From Geosiphon pyriformis uo1 (taxonomy: Eukaryota > Fungi > Glomeromycota): DNA of 64,000 nt. The notes under the pieces are model-generated. The model ran no database searches. It saw nothing but the letters and a program-made list of their open reading frames with translations, and had not been told where the DNA came from. Below are positions 50,690 through 64,000 of this stretch, piece after piece. The DNA is taken from positions 64,946-128,945 of the forward strand of contig JAAOMT010000375.1 in the NCBI GenBank assembly GCA_016748015.1. Reading direction: 5' to 3'. The position numbers and the translations under genes were made by a program. How positions within the stretch are numbered: position 1 is the first letter of the stretch; every line of letters starts with the position of its first letter.

Positions 50690-53600
50690 TTATTAAAGTT
50701 TAATGAATGGAGTTCAAACGCCACCTAGTACTATACATCATATAAATGATCTAAACTAGATGCGAATCATGCCTTTGCCATATGTGACCAGACACTCAGA
50801 CTAGTCAGAACAACACTATGTACTTATATGAACAGAAGCCATGTCACTAACACCTGCATAAAACAAACACCACTTACAATACCCAAAACTGATGCCAATT
50901 GCATTAGCAACACCCAACAACCTAATCACTCCAGCCGAAAGCCACGTAAAAAAACCAGAAACAGTGACAAAAATGGAACCATCACATGGAATTAGCTTAT
51001 TTTTCTCCATAATGACCTGGTGTTTTGCACAAACCAACCAGATATTATCATGAAATGCAAGATAAAACTCACATACAAAATTCACAATATTGATCACTGC
51101 CACCTTAGGATCATTATAAACAGAAACAGACTTGTGATACCAATCGTCAAAAACAAAGCCCTTACACAGGACCATACTAACAGTCACATCTGAAATGCAA
51201 GTTGACAACAACTGTAATACATACAAAGAAGAACAAGACAGACCAGAATGCACCTTCCAGGCAGCTGCATAAGTGTCCAACAAACTGGCACGACTATCAA
51301 TATCAGAAAAGCAAGAAAAGACATGGTCCGAGACTTCAACCTCATCACAGAACAAACAAACTACACTGGGATAATCCTTATCATACAGACACTTTCACAC
51401 AGCAACAAGAAGGTGATGATGAAGGGCTTTCATAAAATATGTACGAAAGCCAGCCATCCAAATACTAGTAAAACCAGTTGTCATATGGGAATCCAGGTGC
51501 CATACCAGAGAGAATTTCAACCAGTCAATATCAGCATGCAAACAACCTGGAACAACCTGGGAACTAGAACCAACCTCCCAATGCATGCGATGGATTGACC
51601 TAAATATGTCATGAACAAAATGCCTCAAATTACCAGAAACTGTATCAATACCAGCCTTCAAAAACTTCTCACTGACCAAGTGGGGCAAATGCCAGGCAGA
51701 AAGGGCAGTATTCTTAGCCAGCGCATCAACACGTTCATTGCCTGAAACATCCAAATGGCCCTTGACTTTAATCCAATTAACATCTAAATTTTTGCGACAA
51801 ATGACATTGGTGATGTGACAACACTTAATCCAACAACAATTCCTGAAATCAGGACCAACCAATAAAGACTCCAATCTGCAAGCATTTATAGTCACCTGGC
51901 TGTCTGAGAACAAGTCAACTGAATGAAAAGAAAAAACACTTAAAAGCTAAAGCAATGGCCTGCAACTCCACCAAAGTAGAAGAAACCAAACCAGAAACCT
52001 TCACACCTAGACCCGAATCAATGTCCTCAAAGAAAACTGCTGCACCAGCCAATATGTCAACAGTGCCCAAGTTATTCAGAGATCCATCTGTGTATACAGA
52101 GAGGTGGGTGGCACCAACATTCAACAGATCATTACAAATAACACCAAAACCAAGAGACTGACAGATGTCAGAAGAGCCACAAATACCCTTATGAAGAGAA
52201 CAACCAGAAGGAGAAGCTATACCACCAAGAAAATGTACAAAGAGATTAAACCAGAAGGGGACTAAGCCACAGAGGTCTAGTCTTTTCCAATGCTTGAAAG
52301 TCTTCCAATCAAAAACAATGCCATTTCAGTCACAAAGTTGTTCTATGAAAGCAATACTATAATGCCTAAGGGAAGAGACACATTTGAAGAAAATTGTCTT
52401 ACTAAGAACTAGAAACATAAAAGTACCACTCCAAAGATGAAAAGCACTAGCCAGAGAGCCACTCAAAGACAAATCACACCCAGAAAAAATATGAACCACA
52501 CCTGCCAAAAAGTTGTTTGAAGAGCTGACTCCAATATGAACAGGAAACAACAAAGAGTGACGAGGATGCCAGCTGAGAATCTGGAGATCATAAGACCTAT
52601 GAGAAAACAAGCGACCCAAAACACCAACCAAATTTACAAAGGCAATGACAGAAGCTGACTTGCTCTCAGCCTGAATCTACTCAAAAGTTTTTAAATTGTA
52701 CAAGGAAGGATGATAAAGTGCATCATTGGGAAAGTTCAGAGGCAGCCCAAATTTGGACTTCAGGCCCTTGTAAATCAAAGTGTCTCACTTATTATACACA
52801 CTGAGAGGAATAAAACTGAACTGAGTTCTGTAGCTGATAATAGAAAAGAGAACTAAAGACACCAAATAAGCAAACTGTTTATCTGAAATAACTTTTCTCA
52901 GAATGAGATTAACAAAAAACCGAACATCCGATTGCATCTTAACCAAGCTAAGCTTCGAAAGACCTTTAGAAGATAAAAAAATCCCCAGATAATAATGAGG
53001 TTCATCTCTTTTAGCAATGGAAATTGGCATATTACTGATAGTTAAGTAAGGAGCAGCAACTCGACAGTTGATAGGAATAGTCACAGTCTTGTCATTGTTT
53101 ATTGAAATGTCATTTAAACAAAAGAAATCACTAGCAACATTGAAGATGTGTTGTGTAGCAGCCTGGCTGCTACTGACTCAAATAGTATCATCAACAAAAG
53201 CACTAGTGGCCAAAAACAACGTTAGCCCAGCTTGAAATTTCATCCGGCCGGTCTTAGAAATGAAATAAAAAATCAACCTGTAACCACAAATGCTTTCCTG
53301 TCTCTTAATCTTACACAAAAGCGAGTCATAAAATATGTGCCAGAGAAGTGGTAAAAAAACCTCTCTCTGATCCAATCCATTATGAACATGATAATCATCA
53401 GTCAAACCAAAATCTGTCATTACTCTGTTAGTGTAATCATTATAAATGCTACCAAAAAATCTGATAAATTTGTCACACATTTTGATTCTAATCAAACTTC
53501 TCTTGAGATGCTCCCAACCAACAAAATCATAAGCTTTGCGCATATTCTATAAAACCAGCCACAACTCTCAGTTCTTTTCCAAAGCATTTTTGATTACTGA

Positions 53601-56600
53601 ACCAATAGCAAAGATAGACAATTGAGTAGACATACTCTTCAGGACAGAGAAATTGTTCCCACAGAGGACATTAAAAGTACTACAAGCCAGAGAGATCCGA
53701 TCTGAAAGAATCTTGGAAAGGACCTTGCGAGCTGTTTTAATCAAAGCAATAAAGCGGATATTTGTAAGAACCCCCTTCCACTCATAAGATTTAGGAATTA
53801 TCGAGACCCAGGCTTCCCTCTAAGGTCCAGGCACTGACTCACAATCCAAACAAAAATTTAAGAGCACCAAAAGCATATCCAAGACCGACTTGTTATAGTG
53901 TTTCCAAAGTTCATTAGTAATACCAGAAAGACCAGCCACTTTTCTATTGGGCAAATTTAAAATAACACCAAACATCTCTTTATAACCAATTAAATATATT
54001 ACATCAGAGAAGGCACCATTGAAGACATGATCCAAAGGCCAAAATTGTCTTGCCCAATCACCAGAGATATTAGAAGCCACCTTATGTTTCCTAGTCCAAC
54101 CCTCCATGATTCCATCCACCTTAGATTTAACCAACTCAGACTCCAAGACCAACTCCCCACTATTTACCAAATGATCCAACACCACTTTACAAAAAGGACA
54201 CTCCAAAACACTTCTAATGGTGTGACCTTTATCTATCTCAAAACTCTCTATTCTCCTCTCAATAGCCCGCCTTATACTAGATTCTTCAGCATGCTTAGAT
54301 TCTAACAACTTAGAAGAGCAATAAGACTTCCTCACCTTAGCCAGCCCAGAACGGATCGCATCAAAACTGGTGCCAGAAAGAAACAGAGATTTCATTGGCA
54401 AAGTGCCCACAGAATCAAGCCTGTTTTAAGTATTCAACAACAAGGCAAAATTTCTGCCAGAAACCAACCGAGAAGTCTTTACCAGTTTAGACACAAGTAG
54501 CTCCAGTTTATGAAACCGGGAAGATACCTTATTAAAAACACAATTAAAACTCTTAAACCATTTTTTTTTGAATGTTTTACCAGCCAAAAGAACCATAATC
54601 TTACAAACAATGTCCCATATTGCATCCAGATCAAAAAACTGCTTAGCTGCAACAAACTCATCCAAGAACATAACAGCATTAGCAGCTGTAGCATTCCTGA
54701 ATTCTGACCACTTAATCTTACTGGCATTTTTGATATTATACTTCTAATAATCTCTATTAGCTTGTTTGTGCAATAAGTTCAACTGGACATCGAGCAGGCC
54801 ACCCAGTTCTACAGAAACATAAACAGTCTTGTGATTGGTATTAAAATAGTCTTCAACGCCATCTACACCATGATCTATCATTGCACCAACCAAATTAGAA
54901 GAAATGAACACATAGTCAATTGTCTTAGTAACACCACGAGAATTGCACCAAGTAGGTGACTTCACAAAAGAGCTATTCCTCAGAGAGTTAATCAAACCCA
55001 AATCAAAAAATTTTTTGAAACTGGCACATTTGCATGAACCATCTTTATTAAAATCACCACCAAGAATAACAAAAGAAGACTTATTAACGGCTTTAGCAAT
55101 GAGAGAGTTGATCTTACCAGCCTGAAAAAACCGAACCACTGATGAAGCACCAGCATAGAGCCCCAAAATAGACACTGAAAGTTTATTTTTGAAAAGCAAC
55201 TTGATGGATAGGAGCTGACCAGACACCTCAGAAATCTTGCAGATGTGTTTTGCTAAAGAAGAATTCATGATAATTAACACCCCAGCACCCAAAAAACCAG
55301 AATTCAAACCAGAAGTGAAAACCTGAACACCATCAAATTTGTTAGCCAACCATGGGTGAACTTTCTCTTTAAGCTTTGACTTTGTAAAAATAGAAACCAA
55401 ATTGTTTATATTCTTGTGCCAACGAATAATATCATCTTGCTTTACAGGATTGTTCAACCCATGAACATTACATGTAGCAATTTTCCATACCAGACCACTC
55501 ATTGAGAAAGAGGTAGAGAAAAAATACCACCTGCCAAAGCCAAACCATCCAAGCGCGCTAATAGGCTCATAATCAAAGCAGAGAGACCTTCCAGCATGTT
55601 TTCCAATTTCACAACTTCAGGTGAGGCAGTTGAACCCAGAATGGCAGCAGTTTTGTCACTAGTGGCATCACCCAAACCCACTTCTATTACTATATCTTCT
55701 CCTTAATTCTGCGATGAGGGGGTCACCAACAGCTGACATCCAAGGCTAGGCTGGAAAACTGCTGGCACAAATGATTCCAACTTCTTAGCCAACTTACCAA
55801 TTTGTCCTGTGAGGCTGACAAGACTGCTTTTAATGCAAACCAAACGTTTTTTCAAACCATCTGCAACAGAATGGAGAGGTTTACCAATATTGTCAGAACC
55901 AAAAAGTGAACCAGTACTATGAGAATTGTGCACCAAAAGAGCACCAACAACTGATGCCCAAGTCTTACCACTGAAGGCCAATAGATGAGAAATGGGTGCA
56001 GATTTCCAAGTGTAGATAGTCACCAATCTAACCTGATCCTGAGCAGAAAGAGGTGTCTTCCTGCCCCTCAGGGTTGAACCAACCTTAACTGAAACACAAT
56101 TAAAAGATGTATAACCAGAAAGACTGTAGACCGAGCACAGTACCAAAGAGAGGTGGGACCAGTGAAGGCCAATCCCTTTTATAACTGGGGTTGCAGCCAT
56201 TGCACTAACCAGATCAGATTCAGACCCAAAACAAACAGTAGCACAGCGAGCACAGACGTAGCTAACAGGATTACGATCAATGACACATGTTTTTCCACCA
56301 ACCAAACTAATGAAATCCCAAAGGTTATGAGCATTTGTCCTTACAGGAAGAGTGTATAACAGCATCCTGAATTTGTCTCTGGAATCCCACATCTGTTTGT
56401 TAACATTGGCCTTGGCCACACATACTGTATCCTTTCTAATAAAGATAGACTATTTGGATGCCAAGAAATTAGCTTGATTCTGATCTTTTAATTCAACAAT
56501 TGCTTTTTGCCACAAACTTACAAGTTGCATCTTGATTGACTTAATCAATCCAAACTTGGACAGGTAGTGTGCATAGCCTCCACAGAAGTTCTCATAGGAA

Positions 56601-57432
56601 TTTTTTTTATCACAATTGCCTAATCCATATGGTTGTCTACAGGATGCTTAAGATTGGTGTTTACCACAACACCATGATTATTTGCCAACTTCCCAGCAGC
56701 CATTATTGCCCTTTCCAAAGTAAAAGTCACATGAATAATTCCACCAAATTTTAAGGAAGTAGAAACCCCCCCAAAACCATTCACACTTGAAAAAATTTTC
56801 CTAATAAAACACAATTTTTCCTAAGAGGACTTTTCAGTAATGACCACAAGATTAATATCTAAAGCAAAAGATTTGCAAACAAGCACTTGAACAGTTGGTT
56901 TAATAGGTAGAGGAGGTAGGAGAAGAAGGGAATTGTCTAACACATCATCATTTGTATTGACAGTACCATAATCAATTACACCCAGAGGCTTCTCTAACAT
57001 CTTTTTGGTCTTTATACATAAACCTTTTGGCATCTAATTGGGATCCCCTTTCATGAAAGCATCACTTTCACCATAGTCAACACTGGTTTTTTCAACTAAG
57101 CACTCCTTCTTCATGTTAATACTCTCAGATTTAGTAGTGTCACCTGTCTCAGAACCCCATGAACAAGCACCAGGAGCTTCAGCAGCAACCTCTTTATTAT
57201 CAATATCCTCTGTTAATACACCTCCCTTCCTTTTCTTTCTCGATACAACCGCCTTGAAACCATTTTCAGAACCAGAAACTTTAATAATCTTCTTCATAAC
57301 AGCAATAACAGAGTTAACAGTGGCCTCGTAATCGAAGAATGGTTTTGATTTATCATACTGAATGGTAAAAAACTTCTTTTGAAAAAATTTTTGACTCTTT
57401 TTTGGGAATTTTGGACGAAGGAGAGAAAGAAG
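50690..57432 (-). mobile_element. Best-preserved full-length L1-like LINE (ORF1 57297-55499, ORF2 55502-50816), inactivated mainly by nonsense transitions
   Basis: APE motifs IATCNVHGLN, ILGGDFN, TIDYVF; RT motifs NMRKAYD, GLDQREV, AFVDDT, YLGI; RNase H VYTDGS, ELQAI, WIKVKGH..GNERVDALAK; Zn finger CLFCDEVEVSDHVFSC. About 135-nt 5' UTR and about 125-nt 3' UTR plus an A/TAA tail. Confidence 0.96.
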
Positions 57433-58551
57433 TTTTTTTTATTATTATTTATGTATTATAGAATTAATTATTTTATTTTTAACAAAGTTTTTAATTAAAT
57501 TGTTAATTAAAATTAAACATATATAAATATAAATTTAATAGCAGTTTTTTAATATGTTTAAATATTAAAAAATAATTTGGTTCAAAAATAACAATAGCAT
57601 TAAATAAATAATAATATATTTTATTTTTAAATTAATAATTAAATTGTAAATATATTAATCTTAATCCAATTAAACTTAAACAATTAAAGAATTTAGAATG
57701 GTTAAGTTTAAAAAAAAGTAAATAGAATAGTATTAAAAATATTAAAAATTACATTAATTTAAAAAAAAAGTATTTTATTAATAAATCTATTATAAAATAC
57801 ACCAATTAAAATGTATAATATTAACTGTTGTTTGTTTATTATTTTCTTATGAAATATATTTTTATTTTTGAATTTGTGTACTATTTGTTGTAATCTTATT
57901 ACTTATTTCTTTTGAAACAGATTTTTTTGAACTTATTTATTATTCTTGTTATTCTAATAGACTTATTCAGATTAATTTAAAATTACTTATTGACTTTGTA
58001 CTATTTTTCCTAATATTTGATCAAATTAAAATTCTGAGCTTGAAAAAACAACTATTCAACACTGCTGGGCAAAATTTTGAAAGACTCTATAGCTTCATTA
58101 TTCCCTTTCCAATATTTTTAATATTTGGGCTGAAACAAAAAACCTGGGAACGCAAAAAATTAAATCAACCCATGAAAATTTCAGTAATTGCGTCATGCAG
58201 TATGCCGTATGATTTCCACCAATCTTGAACAGGAGTTTTTTTTTATCAATAAATTTGAGATGATTCAATATAAAATAAGTGGCGTCTTTTTGTTAATTGT
58301 AATCGCATGATCGGATTCTTGGGGCAACCCGCTCAACTTGTGATATATTACACTGATATACCGTATTTTGATTGTGTTTCCTCTTTTCTACGAGTTCTAA
58401 CGTCGTGTTAGCTAAGTCGTTTTTTGTATTAAACTTTCCCCTTTTACTTCTAAAAGAAAAATTATATCACACAAAATAAAAATTACCTCATTAAAAATTT
58501 ATTAAAGCTAGTCGGACGAAAACCCGGACAATGAACCACACAGCTTAAATC

Positions 58552-61500
58552 ATGGTAGCAGCGTATATAACGACCGACAATATTTTTAATTCTGAACAAA
58601 AGGAAAATATTTCACGTGAAGAAAAAATGAGAGAAACTAACTTCATATTTGTTAAAGAAGAAATTGAAAAGAGCACGGAGGAAGTTGTTCCAGCACCTGA
58701 AAGATCCTTGGCTAATGTAAACCAAACAACACCTAATGTTTTAAATGGCTTCGAATTCAACCACAACGAACGAATTAGTGTATTTATCAACAATACAGAA
58801 GATATTGCTTTGGCAGCAGCCGCTCGAAGAATTCCTCCTAATGTCACACCATCAACGAATCCCAACTTCTCAATAGAAACATCTCACAATTTTCAAGTCA
58901 ATGATCAAAGTAAATCTAATTCAACCTCTTCAATGCCTACAGCCTCACCTCAAACGATATCTCCAATCGTGGTGATCAAAAGAAAAGGACCTGGTCGACC
59001 ACGTAAATCAGAAAAGTTATCCTTTTCTCAAGGAACCCATACTTTTAGCATCAATTCGTCCCCGACAGAAGGCACCCCTGATCCCAATCGTCCGAAAAGG
59101 ACGTATAGGAAAAAGCGCCCTAAAATATCTCCCACAGAATCCATCGACACCCTTAACACACCATCCCCATCAACAACATTTATTACGAATAACAACAACA
59201 ACAACAACAACAATTATAATCACGACAATAACAATAACAACGACAACAGCAATGCGAATAATAATAATAATAATAATAATAATCATCATCATCATCATCA
59301 TCATACTCATGATGGTTTAAATGGTGTCCATCCAATCCCTCTAGCTCCTTTCAACAGATCTGTGGACAAAACATTCACCATCTCTTCTGATCCCACACCT
59401 ACATCTATGCAATTCTCAGATATTAAATATGAAGACTCAACCATCACAAATTCTTCTCGTCCAGTGAAAAGAGGACCTGGTAGACCTCGTAAATTACCAG
59501 TGTCAATTGATAATTCTCAAAATAGTATTTCTGAGGCTACTACCCCGATCAACGTATCTTCACCTCAACAGAACGATAAAAAGCGTAATGCTGATGGTGA
59601 TTTAAAAAATGAGCACTCCCTTGATACCTCGAATGGCCATGTAGTTTCAAAACCATCAATTAAAAAATTTACTCCTCGTAAGAGACCAAAAACTTTCTCG
59701 CCGAACAAATTAGAGTCTTCGTCGTCAACATCGCCAATTGTTGAAAAAAAATCGACACCACTTGATGAAGTACGGAATGCACATTTAAAAGAGAAAGAAT
59801 TATGTTTAGCAAAAGTAGTTGATGATCATGATAGTTTGGTTCGAGAGCTCTATTATATGGAAAATTTTAATTTGTTGGTTTGGGATCTTGATCGACATAA
59901 ATTAAAACAAGATAACAGTGAGAGAATGGTCAAGGTAAGAGAAATTTTTACAGAGTTAAACCACCTTTATAATCACGAAGCTTTATTCATAAACAAATAA
60001 AGTTTTTTGAAATTAGTGGAAGGTATTTTAAAATTTCTTGAATATAATTATATAATCTTCTCAGCGAAACCGAATCTTCCATACTGCTGTATTTTTTCAT
60101 TATATAACTGTGTGATACTTATTATTGAAATCAGTATCTCGAAAGTCACAACTTATGGTCGACCGTGAGTGATCAAGTGCTCAACTCTGTACAAGCCAAT
60201 TCCACTCGCATGTCCACGAGACGTTCTCTTAATCAACATCGTGACTCGTTGGTTAGTATCCTTCAAAAAACCTTTACATCACATGGATTAAATCTGGCCG
60301 AAGCTCCAACCTTAGCCCCTCGCAGTCGCGGTCGTAATAGGAGAATTGAACCTGAAACTAGTCCACCACCAACGAACAATCCCTCTATAAACATACTTCG
60401 TCGAAGTCGTGGACAAGCCCAATTTCCTAGTGTTGATGTGTTTCTTGCTTCTTTTGTCACTCTTGATGACGAAGACATGACCCCAATGGATGCTCAAGCA
60501 CGTGCCATACGTGAAGCTGATATTCAGTATAGAATATATTCATTGAGGAAACAAGGTCGAATTTTACGTAAAACACCCAAACCACAAATAGAACCACGTC
60601 GCCCACTAACCCACAAAGATCATCTCCTGGACCATATTACTTCCCAAGCCAAATATATGACCAAGATAACCGAGAATAAAAATAAAATAACAAGGCAGAT
60701 TAACAAAGCAGTACTGCAGCATTTTAACAAATTGGCAAATCAAGATGAAAAAGATAAAAAAGCTGAAGAGAAGAGATTAAAAAGATTAGCAAAGACCACC
60801 GCAAATCTGATAAGACAAAAATGGAAAACTGTTGAATCGGTAAGCTTTTTTTTTTTACGTGAAAATTATTGATAATTAAATTTGACGAATGAGACATTTC
60901 TTATGCCTTATCAAGCCTCAGTTTTTTGGGTTATTTATTTTGGCTTCTTTGCAGACAAGAGCAGGAAGAGATCTCAGAAGTTACATCGATTCCAAATGAT
61001 TTACTTATTTTTGTTCCTTGCCAGATTATTTTGGCAAAACAAAAGGAAATCATGCGAGAACGACAAGAACGTAAAGGGAAGCGTCATCTTAATCTTCTTC
61101 TTGAACATTCGACTCAAATGTTGGAGGTACAACAGAATGAACTTTTGGGTACACCTATCACTGCAATATCCTCTTATGGGATTCCGTCAGTGATGCAGGA
61201 TCCCAGTTCAAAAGAGCTCGATTTCATTGAATTTGAACATCCAGATGAAGATGGTGCGAAATCAATTAGTGAAATTGGCGATAACGATTCATCGGATGAC
61301 GAAGAAGTAGTCAAAAAATTGCAAGCTGAAAAAGATCTTCCTTTAAAGGAGCTTCTCGAGAAATACGACTACAATATAGGTGATGACGATGATGATCTCG
61401 GCAACCGTGGATGGGATGATGAAGATGAATTTGAAAAATATACCGATCCCGACCTTTCTCAGCATGAACAAAGTGAGGACGAAGCCAATCAATCGAACGC

Positions 61501-64000
61501 ACGAGAAGATACCATAAAAGTCGAGGAAATTTGTGACAATCGTGACAGGCCCAGTGAAAATTTTATATTTTCCTTACCAAAAATTCCCAAAACCGAAGAA
61601 ACAAATAACATTGCTAACTCTGACTTTCTACGATTGCGTAAACGCAAAGCATCTGCTAGCCTATCAGCGGATGAGGATGAAGAGGACCCTGATGAAAATG
61701 ATTATGAGTTTAAAATTGCTCCCAATGATCAAGTGGAGGATGACGAAGCGTCTTTGGATGCTCAAGAGCGTGAAGAAAACCCTGATGAAGAAAAAGTGGA
61801 ATTAAATGGGTTGAAAGATGAATCAAATTTGCCAATTGAAGATTTGATCAAACGATACTATGGGTACAAAATTGGAGATGAAATGGAAGAAGGGAATGAG
61901 GTTGATGATGAACTAATGATTGAAGAAAAGCATAGTCCAATAGAGTATCCCGTAATAGATGGTGAAGATATTCCGAACAGAGAACAGAATTGCTCTTCCA
62001 AAGATTTTTCTTATATCTCATCTGGTCTCAACCAAGTGTCTTCTATGGAAGTGGAGACAGAAAATTTAAATTTGGGATTAATGTCTCCACAAAACAATGG
62101 TGAGTTGAATATTGACGACCACGTTCAAATGGATGTTGAAGATCAATTGCAACGTTGCTATGATACTGATGAAACCGTTACCGCACAAGGGAGTGAAACA
62201 GATGTCGAAGAATATGCCACCCGCTTATTGGTGGAGGAGAGTTCAAGTCAACGGGAAGCAAAATGGAAAAACCAGAGTGAAGAATCAAAAACCGTACAAG
62301 ATCAAGAAAATTATAAGCTCCATCCCACCCTACGCCTTCGAATGAGCAACGAACAAGACCAAGGATCATCGCGGAAAAATTATCTTAATGAACAAACCCT
62401 GAAGGAAAAACATGAGTCAGACTATGAAACTTCCGAAAAACAAGACGACGATCAAACCAATGAAGGAACCAAAGAAAAAGGTGGCGAGGAAGAGATGGAA
62501 GATAATAAAAGTACAAACTCAGAAAAACACAGGAGTCCTGCCTTAGTCGCTGATCCACCAACAGGCACTACTCTTTCGACCGCTACTGTCAGAACTCAGA
62601 TTCCTTCACTTCTTCGCGGTCAACTCCGAGAATATCAGCACGTTGGCCTTGATTGGCTTGCAAGCTTGTACAATCACGGACTTAATGGGATCCTTGCTGA
62701 TGAAATGGGGTTAGGAAAGACTATACAAACTATTGCATTACTGGCTCACCTGGCTTGGGATAAAGGCGTTTGGGGTCCACATTTAATCGTCGTTCCCACA
62801 AGCGTTATTATTAATTGGGAAATGGAATTCAAAAAATGGTGTCCGGGATTTTCTATATTAACTTATTATGGAAGCCCAAGAGAAAGAAAGGAAAAGCGAA
62901 TGGGTTGGTCAAAAGAACATAAATTCAATGTATGCATAACCTCATATCAGCTTGTGGTTCAGGATCAAAATGTGTTCAGAAAAAAGAGATGGCACTATCT
63001 TATCCTAGATGAGGCGCACAACATTAAAAATTTCCGTTCACAACGATGGCAAACTTTACTAAATTTTAACTCCACCCGAAGATTACTCCTTACTGGGACA
63101 CCTTTACAGAATAATCTCATGGAACTATGGTCCTTGCTTTACTTTTTAATGCCGCAAGGAGTATCACAAGCAATGCCGATTGGTTTCGCAAATCAAAAGG
63201 AATTTCAAGAATGGTTTTCCCATCCCGTTGATAAGATGATTGAAAATAATGAACAGATGGATGATGAGACACGGGCTGCTGTATCCAAGCTGCACACTGT
63301 TCTTCGACCTTACCTCTTGCGTCGCTTAAAGGTCGATGTTGAAAAGCAATTACCTGGGAAATACGAACATATAATATACTGTCGCCTTTCCAAGCGCCAA
63401 AGATTTCTGTATGACGACTTCATGTCACGGGCCAAAACAAAAGAAACTTTACAATCAGGAAATTTTTTGAGTATCATCAATTGCTTAATGCAATTGCGCA
63501 AAGTATGCAATCATCCCGATTTGTTTGAGGTCAGGCCAATCCGAACATCATTTGCAATGTCCAGATCAGCGATAGCCGATTATGAAATAAAAGAACTATT
63601 GATACGTAGAAATTTATTTCAAGAACGAGATGATGAAGTGAACATGGACTTTTTGAATCTTGTCCCAAGGCAATTTGAAGGCGTGCTAGATTGGTTGGTA
63701 GCCAACGAATGGGGACATATAAATCCAGAATATCATTTTTGGCATCAAATAGATTGTCTTGGAATGGTTCAAAAAGGGGATTTGAAGAATGGGCTCACCT
63801 CTATCAATTACAAAAATGTCGCACTATTCAATCAAGCAATGAAACAACGCAACCGTTTATCACTGCGTCAATGCTGGGATCAAATGAGATATATTAATTC
63901 TTTTCGCCTTAAACGTCGACCAATCTACGGTACCGGTCTCATAAAGCTATGTCGTGAATTGGGAACCACCATATGCGACAATTTCTTGGCAGATGCTCTT
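58552..64000 (+). CDS. SWR1: SWR1/SRCAP-family SNF2 chromatin-remodelling ATPase (H2A.Z deposition); runs off the window
   Basis: Exons 58552-59934, 60135-60839 and 61025->64000. Two AT-hooks (GPGRPRK), HSA domain (THKDHLLDH..RLKRLAKTTA..W), acidic region, then LRGQLREYQHVGLDWL..NGILADEMGLGKTIQTI, YLILDEAHNIKNFRSQRWQ, LLLTGTPLQNNLMELWSLLYFLMP, LMQLRKVCNHPDLFE. Confidence 0.96.
59188..59310 (+). repeat. Coding (AAC/AAT)n and (CAT)n repeats giving poly-Asn and poly-His tracts in SWR1 exon 1
   Basis: Translation NNNNNNNNNNYNHDNNNNNDNSNANNNNNNNNNHHHHHHHTH. Confidence 0.9.

Noticed and set aside
50660-57450. Target-site duplication for the full-length LINE
   Set aside because: The candidate (ttttattattatt) is low-complexity and merges with the tail, so it cannot be called reliably.
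60940-61024. Alternative upstream 3' splice site in SWR1 intron 2 (ttgcag at about 60954) creating a premature stop
   Set aside because: Plausible, but such AG motifs are common and there is no evidence without transcripts.

Overview
Eukaryotic fungal genomic DNA, very AT-rich. Gene content, short GT-AG introns and the transposon families point to an early-diverging fungus (Glomeromycotina/Mucoromycota). The TE proteins resemble those I recall from Geosiphon pyriformis, but this is recall, not a search result. About three quarters of the window is a graveyard of nested, C>T/G>A-eroded retrotransposons: (i) a dUTPase-carrying Ty3/Gypsy family nested three deep inside a LINE (1-14790), plus a solo LTR (18303-19347); (ii) a second, complete Ty3/Gypsy element (38483-46929, 4-bp TSD GTAT) with a solo LTR inside its own 3' LTR and an extra ORF after integrase; (iii) L1-like LINEs with APE-RT-RNase H-Zn finger (two full-length copies, several truncated); (iv) an ORF1-only LINE derivative that uses the LINE 3' end (23750-25932); (v) a pogo-like transposase remnant. 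Two CpG-containing gene islands hold three intact host genes: a PARP6/8-like mono-ADP-ribosyltransferase fused to a UBE2Q-like E2 (27957-32822, -), a NAM8/NGR1-like triple-RRM protein (34007-35983, -) and SWR1 (58552 to past the window end, +). The most interesting signals are the ORF1-only 'half-LINE', repeat-restricted non-CpG cytosine hypermutation, the PARP-E2 fusion with an unexplained inserted beta-domain, Cys-rich modules plus dUTPase in Gypsy pol, and LTRs that each carry a different minisatellite at the same U3 position.
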